DNA from: Epiperipatus broadwayi
Lineage: Eukaryota > Animalia > Onychophora
Assembly (NCBI GenBank): GCA_028023455.1
Contig: JAQFVV010000008.1
Location: 17,608,001 to 17,672,000, forward strand
Reading direction: 5' to 3'
Length of the DNA: 64,000 nucleotides
In this document: positions 51,800 to 64,000 of the stretch, piece by piece
How positions within the stretch are numbered: the first letter of the stretch is position 1
How the letters are laid out: every line of letters begins with the position of its first letter
Notes under the pieces: generated by a model
Told to the model about the DNA's origin: nothing
Databases searched by the model: none
Seen by the model: only the letters and a program-made list of their open reading frames with translations
Program-made: the position numbers and the translations under genes

Positions 51800-54700
51800 A
51801 TGTGCAATGCACATCAAAAGGAAACTAGACTACCTGGCTGTTTTAAATGCTATAGATTTAGGCATATTGCATCCAATTATCCATTGAATAAATATTCTGC
51901 TTTTTGTCTCCTTTATAAAATTGGGCAAAATTGCTTTATGCCTCTTAACACATCATGGTTAATGGAAATACCAACTCAGAGTCTCTCAGAATAATGATAA
52001 AATATTATAGTATGATGAAAATACAGAAAATTTTGAGTAATTCAATAACAATTCTTTTAATACTATTTATTTTATTAATTGCAAATCTAAAGATATAACA
52101 TGAAGAAATCTAAAGATTTTTAAACAGTATTTCTTTCTTTCTATAGTTCAAGTAAAATTAACAAATCCTCTTAGCAGATCAAATATATCACATCTGATCT
52201 ACTTTCTGAAAAAAAGGAGAAATCATTAAAAGAAGATAAAAGTAAAAAAATTCTGCAATCCAGATGATGAGACAAAAGATATAAGAATAAAAAAGATTCG
52301 ATCAAACCTGATGACAGGCGATGATAATTTCAAAAGGACACAAATTTCAACTTCTCACATAATGACTAACAATAATACAAATTTTGCAAGACTTAATGTT
52401 AAGAGACTAAATGTTTAGCTTAAAATTTATAAATTCATCAATAAAAATGTTTTGATGTATTAGCAATTATTGAAACAAAATTCAGTCACAGCACCAACAT
52501 AAATATTTTTTAAAGTTTTATCTAATTATTCGGTATGTCATTTCTTTTTTAAATAATTGCTCTGCAAGAAGAATTGCTATCTTAATAGTGAAAAAAATAT
52601 CTAGACTAATAACTGCACTTCAAGCATCAGGAAGATAATCATATCTCTGAGTGTATTGAACCTTAAAATTCTTGTCTATGCATATTATTCATCCCAAAGG
52701 GAAAAATAAATTGAGAAAATAATAAAACAAAATACTATTGATCAATAAATCATGTCATATATATCATAATGAAGGATTTTAATTGCAATGTGCAACATTT
52801 CCCTAGGGAATTAGATCAATATTAGTAAGATATTTGCCAAAAATCATATTCACTTTCAAACAATAGTTCATTAACATTGTTTGACCACATTTTTTTTTTT
52901 CTGATTTCTGGCTAAATCCTAAAATAACTACCACATCAATGTGTTTCACTGAATACGAATGATCTGTCAAAAATGATTAATGAATTTAATTTAAAAGTAT
53001 CAGCAAGCATGTCCAATGAGTATATAAGATTTTTACAGTCTGTCAATCAAATCAATCATTTGTGAAAGCCATTATATTATATTAAATCATGCATAGAAAA
53101 AATCTCAGATGTATTAAAAAAGATTCATTTACTACTCAACAATACTGAAAAAATTAATATATTAATAAAATCAGTATAATAAATTATATGATACTGTCTA
53201 AAAGATATACTATCACTAAAATTTGGTAATCATCTAATAAGCCAATCTATAAAATATGCCCAGGCAAAACCATATGATCAAAGAGTTCATACACTAAAAG
53301 AAAATAATATTAACATACTAATATGAAATTCAATGGATCATGCAGTTTGAAAATATTTTAAGTATCTGTACTTTAATAATAACCCATGATTATAAGACTG
53401 GTTAAAAAACAGATTTATTAAAACTATCTTTGATTTCCCTTGAAACATGATTGAACAAATAGACAATCTAAAACTTGCAATAACATTAGATTTTTAAAGA
53501 TTACATAAGTTTATAAAGTATCTGATAGCTAATTACTTGACAAGTTCCTTTAATATATTAACTATGGAATCCATGGATAGGCTAATTATTAACAATTTAT
53601 GACACTGAAGATTCTTATGCCATCCATCCACTCTTGATTCAAGATCTATAACAATTGGAAATATACATGCTAAAATATTGTTAATTAAATTCCATCCCTT
53701 TTTAACAATAAATTACTGCTTGACCATTATTCTATCTCTGAAAGACATATTTATCAAACAGTATTAGCATATCACAAAGTTATAACATTTGAACAAAACT
53801 GTCTGTCAACTATGATCATAGTAAAAACATTTTAAAAATGTTTTGACCATGTTAATCTTCATTTAACCCAACTCCTAAATGTGGACTAATAAATTATATA
53901 AAAAATAGATTAGCAGCAACAAAAAAACTTCATAAGGTTCACCAATATTTCAGATTACAGAAGGCATTGCCTCCTATTTTTATCACTATTTACTTTGATT
54001 TCACTCTTAAGAGAGGTCACTGATATTCATGAAATGTTTTTTTCACACCTAGAAAGAATGACGATGTGATAATTACCAGGGGAAGTGTCTCTAATATTTT
54101 TATTATTGAAAAGTATTTAATAAGTTTTTCAAGAATGACTGGGTCAATTGTATCTGGAGACAAATTTTTAGCTTTGCATATATTAATGGAAAGAAATATC
54201 AATGTTTACAGCAGTTCCAACTGAATTCTTTTGTATTCCAATATATATTTCAATGATGGAAACCAATTTAATAATTAATAAATTTAATCACCAATAAATT
54301 TTCGACTAAATTATTAACTTTTAATTTGATTATAAGCTATCTGAGAATAAAAATTAAAATAGTTAATTCTTCTCTTGAAAATCTTTTAGCACACTATGAA
54401 TTTTGGAGCAATATAACCAATATATGTGATACACATTAATAAATTTATAAATAATTATTTATGGAGAACAGAATCAAAAGTTTTATCATACAATAAGAAT
54501 ACTAACTAAAAAAACAGCAGTCTTGGATTAGTTGAAGTTAACCTTAATGTAAACTAAATATCTTTCAACATTTTATTGTCCAATTTTGCATATAAACTTT
54601 TCTCTTCCTTTAAATATTAATGCTTTGACTTCTTTTGAGCTTTGGATCTTTTTTTTCTTTTTTGTTATTATTTTTTTAAATATGATTTGATATTTAAAAA

Positions 54701-55000
54701 GTGTTTGTGAAATAGCAAAGGTGTTGAACCATTTTAATGTATTATAAATACATTTAAACAACAGACTGATTTAAAATTCTGTGACAAAATAAATATTTAT
54801 CATAATAAATCAATTTCTTCTAATAAATGTGCAGAAATTATCATCTAATTAATTGATATTATTTTAGAATTAGGACTTGTAAACTGTATCAAATAAAATC
54901 ACATGATTTTTTACATTTAATATTTATTAACAACTATAATTTATTCTTATCACACTCTGGAGACATCTAAGTATGAATAATCAATGGATGTCAGAAGATA
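51800..55000 (+). mobile_element. Decayed L1/Tx1-like LINE (zinc-knuckle ORF1, APE, RT remnants)
   Basis: CFKCYRFRHIASNYP (decayed CCHC knuckle, ~51837); APE remnants LNVKRLN, DVLAIIETK, VYAYY and IMKDFNCN at 52390-52790. The 3' boundary is uncertain. Confidence 0.55.
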
Positions 55001-57171
55001 ATGTCAACCAAATTGCCAGATTAGGATTTGGCTATTAGCATTTGTAGTGAGAAGCACAGAATTATACCTATCCATCCAGAAAACACTATTATATTCTAGC
55101 AATGACTGGTAAAAATGCTCAAATATGCTATATTTCAATTATAATTTTTCTAGATAGGAATTTTAAAGCATAACTACACCAATTGTATGTTAATTGTAGG
55201 CACTTTTGATTCTTTGGCATGATTGTATCAAATTCCCTGAATGAATATGTATAATCCAATTCTTCTCACTGACTAGACCAATAGCCAGAAATTAATATAG
55301 GATTTGGTTGACAATATCTCTAGTATTCATTGATTATTCATACTTACAATGGATTCCTACATACTCAATAGAATATATTACTACTGTTATAGGAAATATT
55401 AAATGTAAGCATAATATGTCTGGTAGTACAACATTTTTTTGGCAAAAGAAGTCGAGTGTAACTGGGGTCATTCAATTATGCAATTACCATACAAATAAGT
55501 CAGTATGGGTTCAAAAGTGCAAATTGTTGATAAAAAGTTAAAAGGCATATGTATATCTGCGATGTAATGCTCTTTATTGATGAAGGTTATTAACCTAAAA
55601 ACTAGTCTAGAAAATTAGTAAATATCACCATATGGTATTTGTTAATTATTCATGCTTATAGATGATTAGAATAGAATAATAGTGTGAATTAGTGTTATTA
55701 ACTTATGGAACTATAAACATTAATATAAAACAAATATTTTTGTGTAGTTCTTGCAAATTTTATGTAAATGTGTACATAATGTTGATTTATGAAAAATTGA
55801 TATCTCTTTATAAGACTATAAACTTATATGTAAAGTAATTCCATAAAAAATAATTATCAGTTATTATTTAATGTTAACTTGTGAATTATAAAATATGATA
55901 CTTAAGGATTTGACCAGCCAATGAAAGGTTTACTTATCATATGATATTGTGACTCTTGTATTAAAATAGCTTGCAGTTCCAAAAGTTAAGTTATAACTTC
56001 TATTTTATTTCTCAATCAGTATTTGGTGCTTTTAATTCAAGTGATTATATTAATGTATCCACAGATTTATCCCTCTGCGCTTTTTAATCTTTTTGTTAAA
56101 TGCTACTTTTTAAAAATGAATTAAAAAATAATTAGTAGCCCACATCTGTTCCCAAAAGTTGATGATATTTTTTAGTGTTAAAATTGAATTCATATATTAG
56201 TCATGCTTTAACTAGGACTTTTGCTTATTTTTAATAATTATAAAAAGTTTCAACTATTTATCCATAGTAAAGAATAAAAGCAAATGAAATATGTTAAAAA
56301 CATTATGAAGGATTTCTTCATTGATATTGTAGAAAATAATCCAAACATTTTCAACTAAAGCAAACATTAAAATAATGCAAATGGGTTCTTACAAAGAATT
56401 TTTTAAAATATGGAGCTGAGTTTTAATCTACCTATACAAATTGATTTATTTCAAGAATATATGACTAATAACTAGTGAGTTCATCAGTTATGAATACTTC
56501 ATTACATTTCAGTTATATTCATATCACATCAAAGTCAAGATTTATATGGTTTTCTCAATTCTTGGATTTCTTTCAAGAAAGAAATAGTTACATCTTTTTT
56601 TTTTTAAATTTTTTTTAAAAGAAGTTTATTAGGAAATCTTAAAGAAGTATCTTAAAAAAAAAAAAATTAAACAAAGATATTGTCAAATGGTTTTAATACT
56701 GCCTGATCAATATTAAAAATGAATTTGATTATAATCAGTTCATTTAATGACTACTGCTGGCATTTTTCAATAGGACAAATGATAAATTTTAACAAATGAA
56801 TCTGATGTATCATCAGACACTTTTGATATTAATTTTTTTTGAATTGCTAAAAAACAACAATTTTTTAAAATAGATTTTAAGGGAAAATGAAAAATAATTA
56901 TGAACAATAAACAAGAAAACCATCAGATAAAATGAAGGCATATATTTATGTAATCTTATATGTTTGAATTTTATATTAATTAGTGCTTGAATTGTGCTAT
57001 TCCTCTCTCCATTCTTTCAGCATCCAACTAGTGTCCTAGTGAAAATAATGATTTTTGTGTTAATTAGTTATTATAAATTGGAGTATACCTTAAAATATCT
57101 AATAGATTAACCTAATAAATTTTCTTAATAATTATTGTTAAAAGTGTTTTTTCTTTTTTTTACTCAATTAG

Positions 57172-57261
57172 GTTTTAGTAAACAAATTATAGAAATTTTG
57201 AACTCCCGTAATGTTGTCTTTAAAAGTTTCAATATTTTGGCTGATGAAGAAGTTCGACAAG
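57172..57261 (+). CDS. GLRX3: Glutaredoxin-3 coding exon 5
   Basis: AG/GT bounded; (G)[30 protein letters not shown] completes the monothiol CGFS motif across the intron. The expected LK..SNWPTYPQ exon was not found in the window. Confidence 0.95.
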
Positions 57262-58610
57262 GTAAATATATTTATATTGTATTATATATATATATGTATG
57301 ATTAATTAATTTTCTGTACATATAACTGCCAGAAAATTAATTTTAAAAAGCACACAGACAAAAATCATAAATCTCTAATACTATTGGTTAATTTTCAAAG
57401 TGTTGCTTTAGAGGAAATGATATAAGTATTGACTTAGAAGATCTTAAGTGAAATTTTTTTTATATTTAATGTCTATTAGTTATAATCAAATCATAAGAGA
57501 AACTTTTTTATAGCGTTGGAATCAAATAACTTTTACAAGTTTAAACTCCCATATTAGTTTGCCATTATCATTAGTCTCCAGATTTTCTCAAATAATGGTT
57601 ATTAAAACTTATATTTTTTTAAACAAGTTGAGCATCTTTAATAAAAATTAAATTTTATCATTTAGAAATGTTTTAATCATTATTGCATTCTTTTTTCATG
57701 TAATTATGGAAGAAATATCAATGGTTTAACTAGTGTTTCAATCCCAGTTTTATTATTAGATTCTTCTATGTCAAGCAATCCAGTGCAAATTACCATGGCA
57801 TTTTATTTTTTTCTGAAATTTGCACACATTTAATATTAGGTGATAGCAACAAAAAACATTTTATAATTTTATCTGAAGCCATTTTAAAGTTAGAGGCTTT
57901 TGTTTTTCCTAAAAAGTTAGTTTTTATATCCAAACTTATCCTTTTCGCTGGCAAAGAAACCATATTGAATATTTAAAAAATGTTAAACCACAAATTTTAA
58001 CATAACTTAAGTTTGTATTATCAAAAATAACATAATATATATTGTTTGAAACATAAAACACTAAAGAGTGTAATTAAGCTGAAAAAAATATAGCCATTGA
58101 TATTCAGAGTAATAAAAAAAATAATAAAATTTTAATATTTCTAATAATTATTTTCATATTATTTCATAAATTTTAAATTTTCATGCATAAAGTTAAAAGC
58201 TGTACTTTTGTTAGTAAATTATTTGAATTCATCATTAAATTTCTAATAAATTGATATATAATAATACTTACCTAAGGTAATCCATCACTTGAACACTTCG
58301 TAGAATAAAGATATTAGTACCTTTAATTTTTCCTAGTAGCCCATCAAAATGTTTTTCCTTACAGTGTTTTGCAATGACTATTATTCCTAATAACAAGTTG
58401 TTAATATTGATCAATAATTAGTATAATTTGAATATTATAATAAAGAACTTCAATAAAATTTGTAATTTATTAAAAATTTCTACTAAAATAATCACTATAT
58501 ACAAAATAAAATAATAAAACAAAATAAAAAGAAATGAAATACTAAATTCATTATAGAGTTAAACTTGAGGTACATAACAGTGGTTTAGAGTCAGTGCAAT
58601 GTAGTATTAT

Positions 58611-58994
58611 TTATCCTATCTTTATAGGTTTTGAGGGCTCATATTGCTTCATGCTACTATGACCAGTAAATTTAGTAATAGCTTCATCAACTGCCACCTC
58701 TCTTTGCATTTGATATGCAGCTTTGAAATTTATATTGCAGTAGTTTATAATCATCCTAAGTTTACATACTCTGTCAAAATCTTTATTTTTAGCATTTGGC
58801 ATAGTTTTATTATTATTAAAATGCAGACAAGACATAGAAAAAAATCTAAATCGGGTCATAATATTTGCAAAATATGTTTGTCTCATATCAGAATTCCAGA
58901 TATCATCTAATTCATATACTGCACATGTGGAGCCAAGGCCCACTACTATGCCAAAAAATGCAGATAATTCATGATATAAATTTACACAAACCAT
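58611..58994 (-). mobile_element. piggyBac (PGBD4-like) transposase fragment
   Basis: MTRFRF..LHFNNN..KLRMII..F...Y...REVAVDEAITKFTGHSSMKQYEPSKPIKIG (VDE..F.G...KQY.P.KP.K.G motif). Possible degenerate ends near 57936 and 59441-59460. Confidence 0.85.
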
Positions 58995-59959
58995 GAGCTA
59001 TTGTTTGATCAGCGAATATGTTAGTTTCAATAATAATTTTTCGTATATTTTTTTATCAAATATAAATTCAAATAATAATAATTAAAAAAAAAAAATTAAA
59101 TTCTTATACCAGCTTCTCCCAATAACATTCACTCATTATACAGACTAAGATTAGTAAAATCTTGTGTTTTTCTGATGTAAATTTCAGGGTAAATACATTT
59201 CCGTTAAAAATGAAAAAACTGAGAGAAAGACAAAAAAATTCAATTTACTTGATCGCAAAAATTATCATAAAATTTTTAATTTTTATTGTAGAATAGTGAA
59301 ATTATATTTTCTGAAACTAGAAAAAAAAAAGATGGAAACAAAGATGTAGAAAGTGCATGTGCAGACTGCTTAGATTTCTGGCAGTTTTAAACTGAAACCG
59401 GATGTTGCAAATTTGAAAATTCAAGATCACACTGTGTGATCGCAGCGCTGAATAGGATTTATACAAAAGTACAATTTTTTGTATTAGAATTAAACTATAA
59501 ATTGAATTAAAAAATAAGATATAAAAAAATATTTTATAATGAACACTTATTCACTTCTCACTAAAAAAAATTATTTCTTCAACCACAATTGAGGTTGTTA
59601 TCAAAATATTTTTTTATATTCATTATTATTTATTTTTTAGCATTAAGATTGTATTCAAAGATTTGTTTTTATTTCAATTTTAAATGATGGTAAAATGCTT
59701 TTAAGATTGAAAGTAAAATCATAAATATTAAATCAACCTTGTTTATAATATAGTTTTGTTCATCCACACACTGTGTTATATTTAAGAAACTATGTATCTA
59801 CATAAAATATTTTAATATCATATTGCATTGTCAGTTATTTATAAGAAATGCGCCAAATTTTAACAAATTATATTAAATAATAATATATTAAACCTTGATT
59901 TTAAAATTTTATTCTAACTTCAATAAAAGTATTTAATTGAAATAAACCAGCTAATGTAT

Positions 59960-62078
59960 TGTGATGTGATATGGCTATTCCTTTATCGTAGTCAGGAATC
60001 TCTCAGCCAGTATGTCCAAGAAAAGCTTTCCATGTCCCACCCTAAGTATTTCGTATATTTTTCTCTATCTTGCTCTATCCCATTTCCACAATTTCATCTT
60101 TGTCCACTCCATGGCCTTTGTATCTAGATCTCCCTTAATCTTTTTCCAACCCCAGCATAAAGATCAATAACCCAGTTTTTATATAATCTACTTGGTCTAC
60201 ATTTATTTTCCCACAACATTATTTGTACCTTTTCTCCTTGTATGCATTTATATTCTATTAGCAGAAGCCTAATATTTTCCATGCTTTCTTTATATAACAT
60301 GCAGACTAAATCACCCACATTTCTCCATTTATATGTATATTCCCTTGTTGTTAGCAATCATGTTCAAGCCTTAAATAGTAAACTACTTTCCTTGCTATTA
60401 TTATAAATTAAGTTCTTTTTACTCTCCATAGTAATTCTCTATTTCTCCAGCTCTCTATTTTTTATTAATACATCTATTCTTCTAGCCCAGTCTTTGCCAT
60501 TATAATACTCAGCAATCCTCCAAACACAATAAACCCACCCTTTGTACAAGGATACTGACATAGTCTTTATCCAAATCTTCTGTATACCATACTACTTTTC
60601 ACACCCTTCTTGTTGCCTGCCCTTTATTTGTAACCCAATTAAATAGTATTTTGGCTATTCTCTTACTATGAATCTACCAAACATTTTCATTTTATTTCTT
60701 GCATCTCTCATATAAAAACTTGACTATCCCATTTCTCTTTGAATTGCCTCCTTTGCCATCCACACATTTGCATCTAATGCATGTCTTTCTACTTCTCTTT
60801 GTACTTTTTCTAAGTAATGTAACATCCCTTTGCTAACACAATACATCATTACCATAGATTAACCCTGCTACTGCTACTCCTTCCATTCAGTTCTTGCTAT
60901 ATCATATTTATTATATGAAAACTGTTAATTTCTTTATCAATCCCTTTTTTTTGCTTTATTTATCAATTTTTTTTTCCATTCCTCCAAACAATTTCCCTGA
61001 TTACTTAAGACAATTCCCAAATAGTTATACCTATTCACCACACTTAACTTTATATCCCCGAAGAGAAATTCCTTCTTTTCTCTTTTCCCATCATTTACCA
61101 TCATTACTTTTTATTTTTCTTCATTAAATTTGATCTTTATCTACCCCTGCACAAATCTTCAGCATAACTTCCATATCTTCCCTACTTTCTGTGCATAACA
61201 AATATCAGCGAATAAAAGACCTGATAATGTATACACTCTCTTGCCTTCTAATGATATTTCTACCCCTCCTTCTAATCTTTCTACTGCCCTTTCCATTTCT
61301 CTCAAATATAACAAAAACAAAATGTGTCATAGGGCATCCTTGCCTTAGTTCCACTTCATTTTTAACTCTAACTGATTCTGTATTTCCTAATTGATATGTA
61401 TAATAATTATTTTCATACAATCTTTTAATAAGATCTAGTAAAGCCTTATTCATTCCCAAATTTACTAAACTTATTCATAATCTATTTCTATTCACTCCAT
61501 CATGTGCCTTCTCTATATCTATAAAGACCATATATAATTGTCTATCTGCATACCTACTCACATCTATAAGCTGTGCAACTATATAATCTATCTCCTATAC
61601 ACCTATCCGATTGAAAAACTCCATGCATTTCTTCCACTATATTATTTTCTTCCATCCATTTTACCACACTTTCAGTCACCATATATGCAAAAACTATACA
61701 ACCGACGTTACTGCTACTGGTCTATAATTGTTAGTCTTCCTATGGTCTTTGCTCTTTCCTTTAAATAATAACCTCTCATGTTATTCCAGCTATCTGGGAA
61801 TTCTGTCTTCTGTGCCATTTTATTAAAGCATGATAATAGATTTAATTTTGCTCTATTTCCCAAATTCATCGCCATATCTGCTGCCCATCCATCTAAACCT
61901 CTTGTCTTCCCATTTTTCAACTTCTTCCCTGCCTCATTCAATTCATTTTCTGTAAAACTGATATTTCCATTACTAAGTGCTTTTATGATTGTTATTGTTT
62001 TGTCCTTCATATCAAACATCTTTTCTATATCGATTACATAATTATTTAAGGTTGACTCTTAATTCTTTTCTAGAACCT
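59960..62078 (-). mobile_element. Same LINE family, ~2.1-kb 5'-truncated copy (copy D)
   Basis: GKTRGLDGWAADM, ELRQGCPMT and TTREYTYKW..CMLY are collinear with copy B 18997-21150, with the same tail. Confidence 0.9.
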
Positions 62079-62097
62079 CATCATACAATATATATTA

Positions 62098-62251
62098 TAA
62101 CGATCGAAATGAAAGTGAAGATCGAATCTAACCGCAAACACAAAATCTGCTCTACAAGGGCGCCATCTAGGCATTTGAGCCTAGAAAAATTTATAAAGTA
62201 GGCAGATACGCGCTGTTAAGATTCCACTTTATTTAAATATTCCGATCGTTA
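62098..62251. mobile_element. ~155-bp unit with 13-bp inverted termini (solo-LTR- or MITE-like)
   Basis: TAACGATCGAAAT ... ATTCCGATCGTTA; internal GGCGCCATCTAG. Confidence 0.4.
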
Positions 62252-64000
62252 GCCCAAGTCACTAGCTCAGTGGAGTAGCAGAGATAACAAAATATAAATT
62301 TTATATCTGAAATATAAAAGAATAAAAGCCACTGCCAGAAATTAACACATAAAAATATTTATTTACGCACATATAAAACAATATTTAAATTTTGAGGAAT
62401 AAATTTAACGTTTATATTTTTATATTGATCTTTAATTCTAAATTTAAATAGATTGCAAATAATGAGTTTACTATTTATTTAGAGGGTCGAGTATGAATAG
62501 ACTACATAGGTCTGCATTTGAAAAGAAAATATTCTTCCCTGATTTAACCTTAGGCAACAAATTTCGCAATCAACTGGCGCCAATCCATCTGATACATTCA
62601 TGTATTCAATGTAGCATGATACGACAACACAAAATACTATACTGTCAGGAATGTACATCTGAACAATAAGTAGAAATAGAGAAGACATTGACTCTCCACC
62701 AACAGGAATGTGACATCTGTTGGCAAGTAGAACAATAAAAAAAAAAAACTCCATAGGAATGGACTGCGGTCTTCTGCCGACTTACAAACCCATCCATAGG
62801 CAAACAGAGGGTGTGTGGCGTATATCTATAATCCTGCCCGTAGCGGACCTCATACTACATCTACAATTACACAAATATATCCAATCCATTGAACCAATTC
62901 AACTACGAAATGAATAACCTAAGATTACCCTCCCTTAATATAACTTTACAAACTATATAGCCATTCACGCCCGACTTAAATTTAACATTTTAGATACGTT
63001 CGCACAAATGCATTTTATAAAATTTGTTTTAAAATGTTGAGTACAGATCAGCTGCACAGATTCCACGGTCAAAAACATTCCAAATTCAACACAACCGATC
63101 AAAATACAAAGTCATCAATAAACGTCACTTGCATAGGGAATATACAAATCCCATTAGCATTCATCGTAAGATGCTTGCAGTGATATCGTTGACATATGTT
63201 CTAATCGAATGTGAAAACCACAACATTATCAACCGCTAACGAATCTATGCAACGTCTATACCCAACTTTAAATGTAATGCATTTAATAATTTCTACAATA
63301 AATATTACTACAAATAAAAATAATAAAATGGAAATGATTTTATCAAAACTTAACTATATAAATTTAAACAATCAATTATTAATTTGAAAATCAAATAAGA
63401 GTTCATTTTAAAATTTAAATTAGCTGAATCTTTAAAAATCAATGACAAAAGTTCTTAATTACTTTTTTTTTTGGTTGTTATTAATTTGTAAAGTTCATAG
63501 CTCGACGGTAGAAGAGTCCAGGTGTCTGCTTTTAATTCCTGCGACGTCTCCATTGGAAGATAATGTTCTGGAGGTAGCATTAGCTGGTTCCATTCTGGTA
63601 TCACAGTCTTTTCATTTTATTTTTTTTTTAAAACAAACAAAAAAATGAGAGAGAACGGCAAGTGCGTCTTACCGTTGTCATCAAATCAAGTTGGAAAACT
63701 GACTGGAACTCAATATTTTTTCTTTTTATAGTCCTCCTATGGATTCCATGAACAAAAACGTCACTGTTCTGTTTTTTCGTTATGGTCCGGGCCTTTATTT
63801 GCTTCCATTGGTCAAGCTAAAATCTCTTTCTTCTCTTATCTAACTTTTCATCTGCCTTTTTAATTAAACAGCTTTTAGATAATTAATAAACAATCATTTC
63901 CATTTATAGATTACAGGAATTAATTAATATCTGTTTTTATTTTAACTTACGTTAATTTTTTATTAAAATATTTTTATATTTCAATCTTGTATTTTTTTAT

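Overview
AT-rich, CpG-poor eukaryotic genomic DNA, invertebrate-like; the taxon cannot be fixed from sequence alone. There are no prokaryotic features. The + strand carries the first five coding exons of glutaredoxin-3 (GLRX3/PICOT), from the ATG at 26070 to exon 5 at 57172-57261, and the gene continues past the window. The - strand carries a large coding exon of an unidentified gene (5226-5836), which probably shares a compact divergent promoter with GLRX3 near 26,000. The long introns are filled with mostly decayed mobile elements: CR1/L2-group LINEs with an SGNH-esterase ORF1 (three copies head-to-tail plus a fourth), RTE and BovB-like LINEs, a Tx1/L1-like relic, Penelope-like elements (PLEs), mariner, piggyBac and Merlin relics, SINE-like units, and many long palindromes. 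The most notable signal is a PLE 3' terminal repeat in which a tRNA-like Pol III head (A/B boxes) lies directly upstream of a minimal, dimer-type hammerhead ribozyme. This module recurs four more times (16.6, 31.4-31.6, 31.6-31.9 and 33.6 kb), including an ORF-free copy folded into a ~550-bp hairpin with the A-box at its apex. A second, unrelated hammerhead-bearing repeat lies inside nested inverted repeats at 36.1-36.6 kb. All alignments and folds were done by eye, so element boundaries are approximate.
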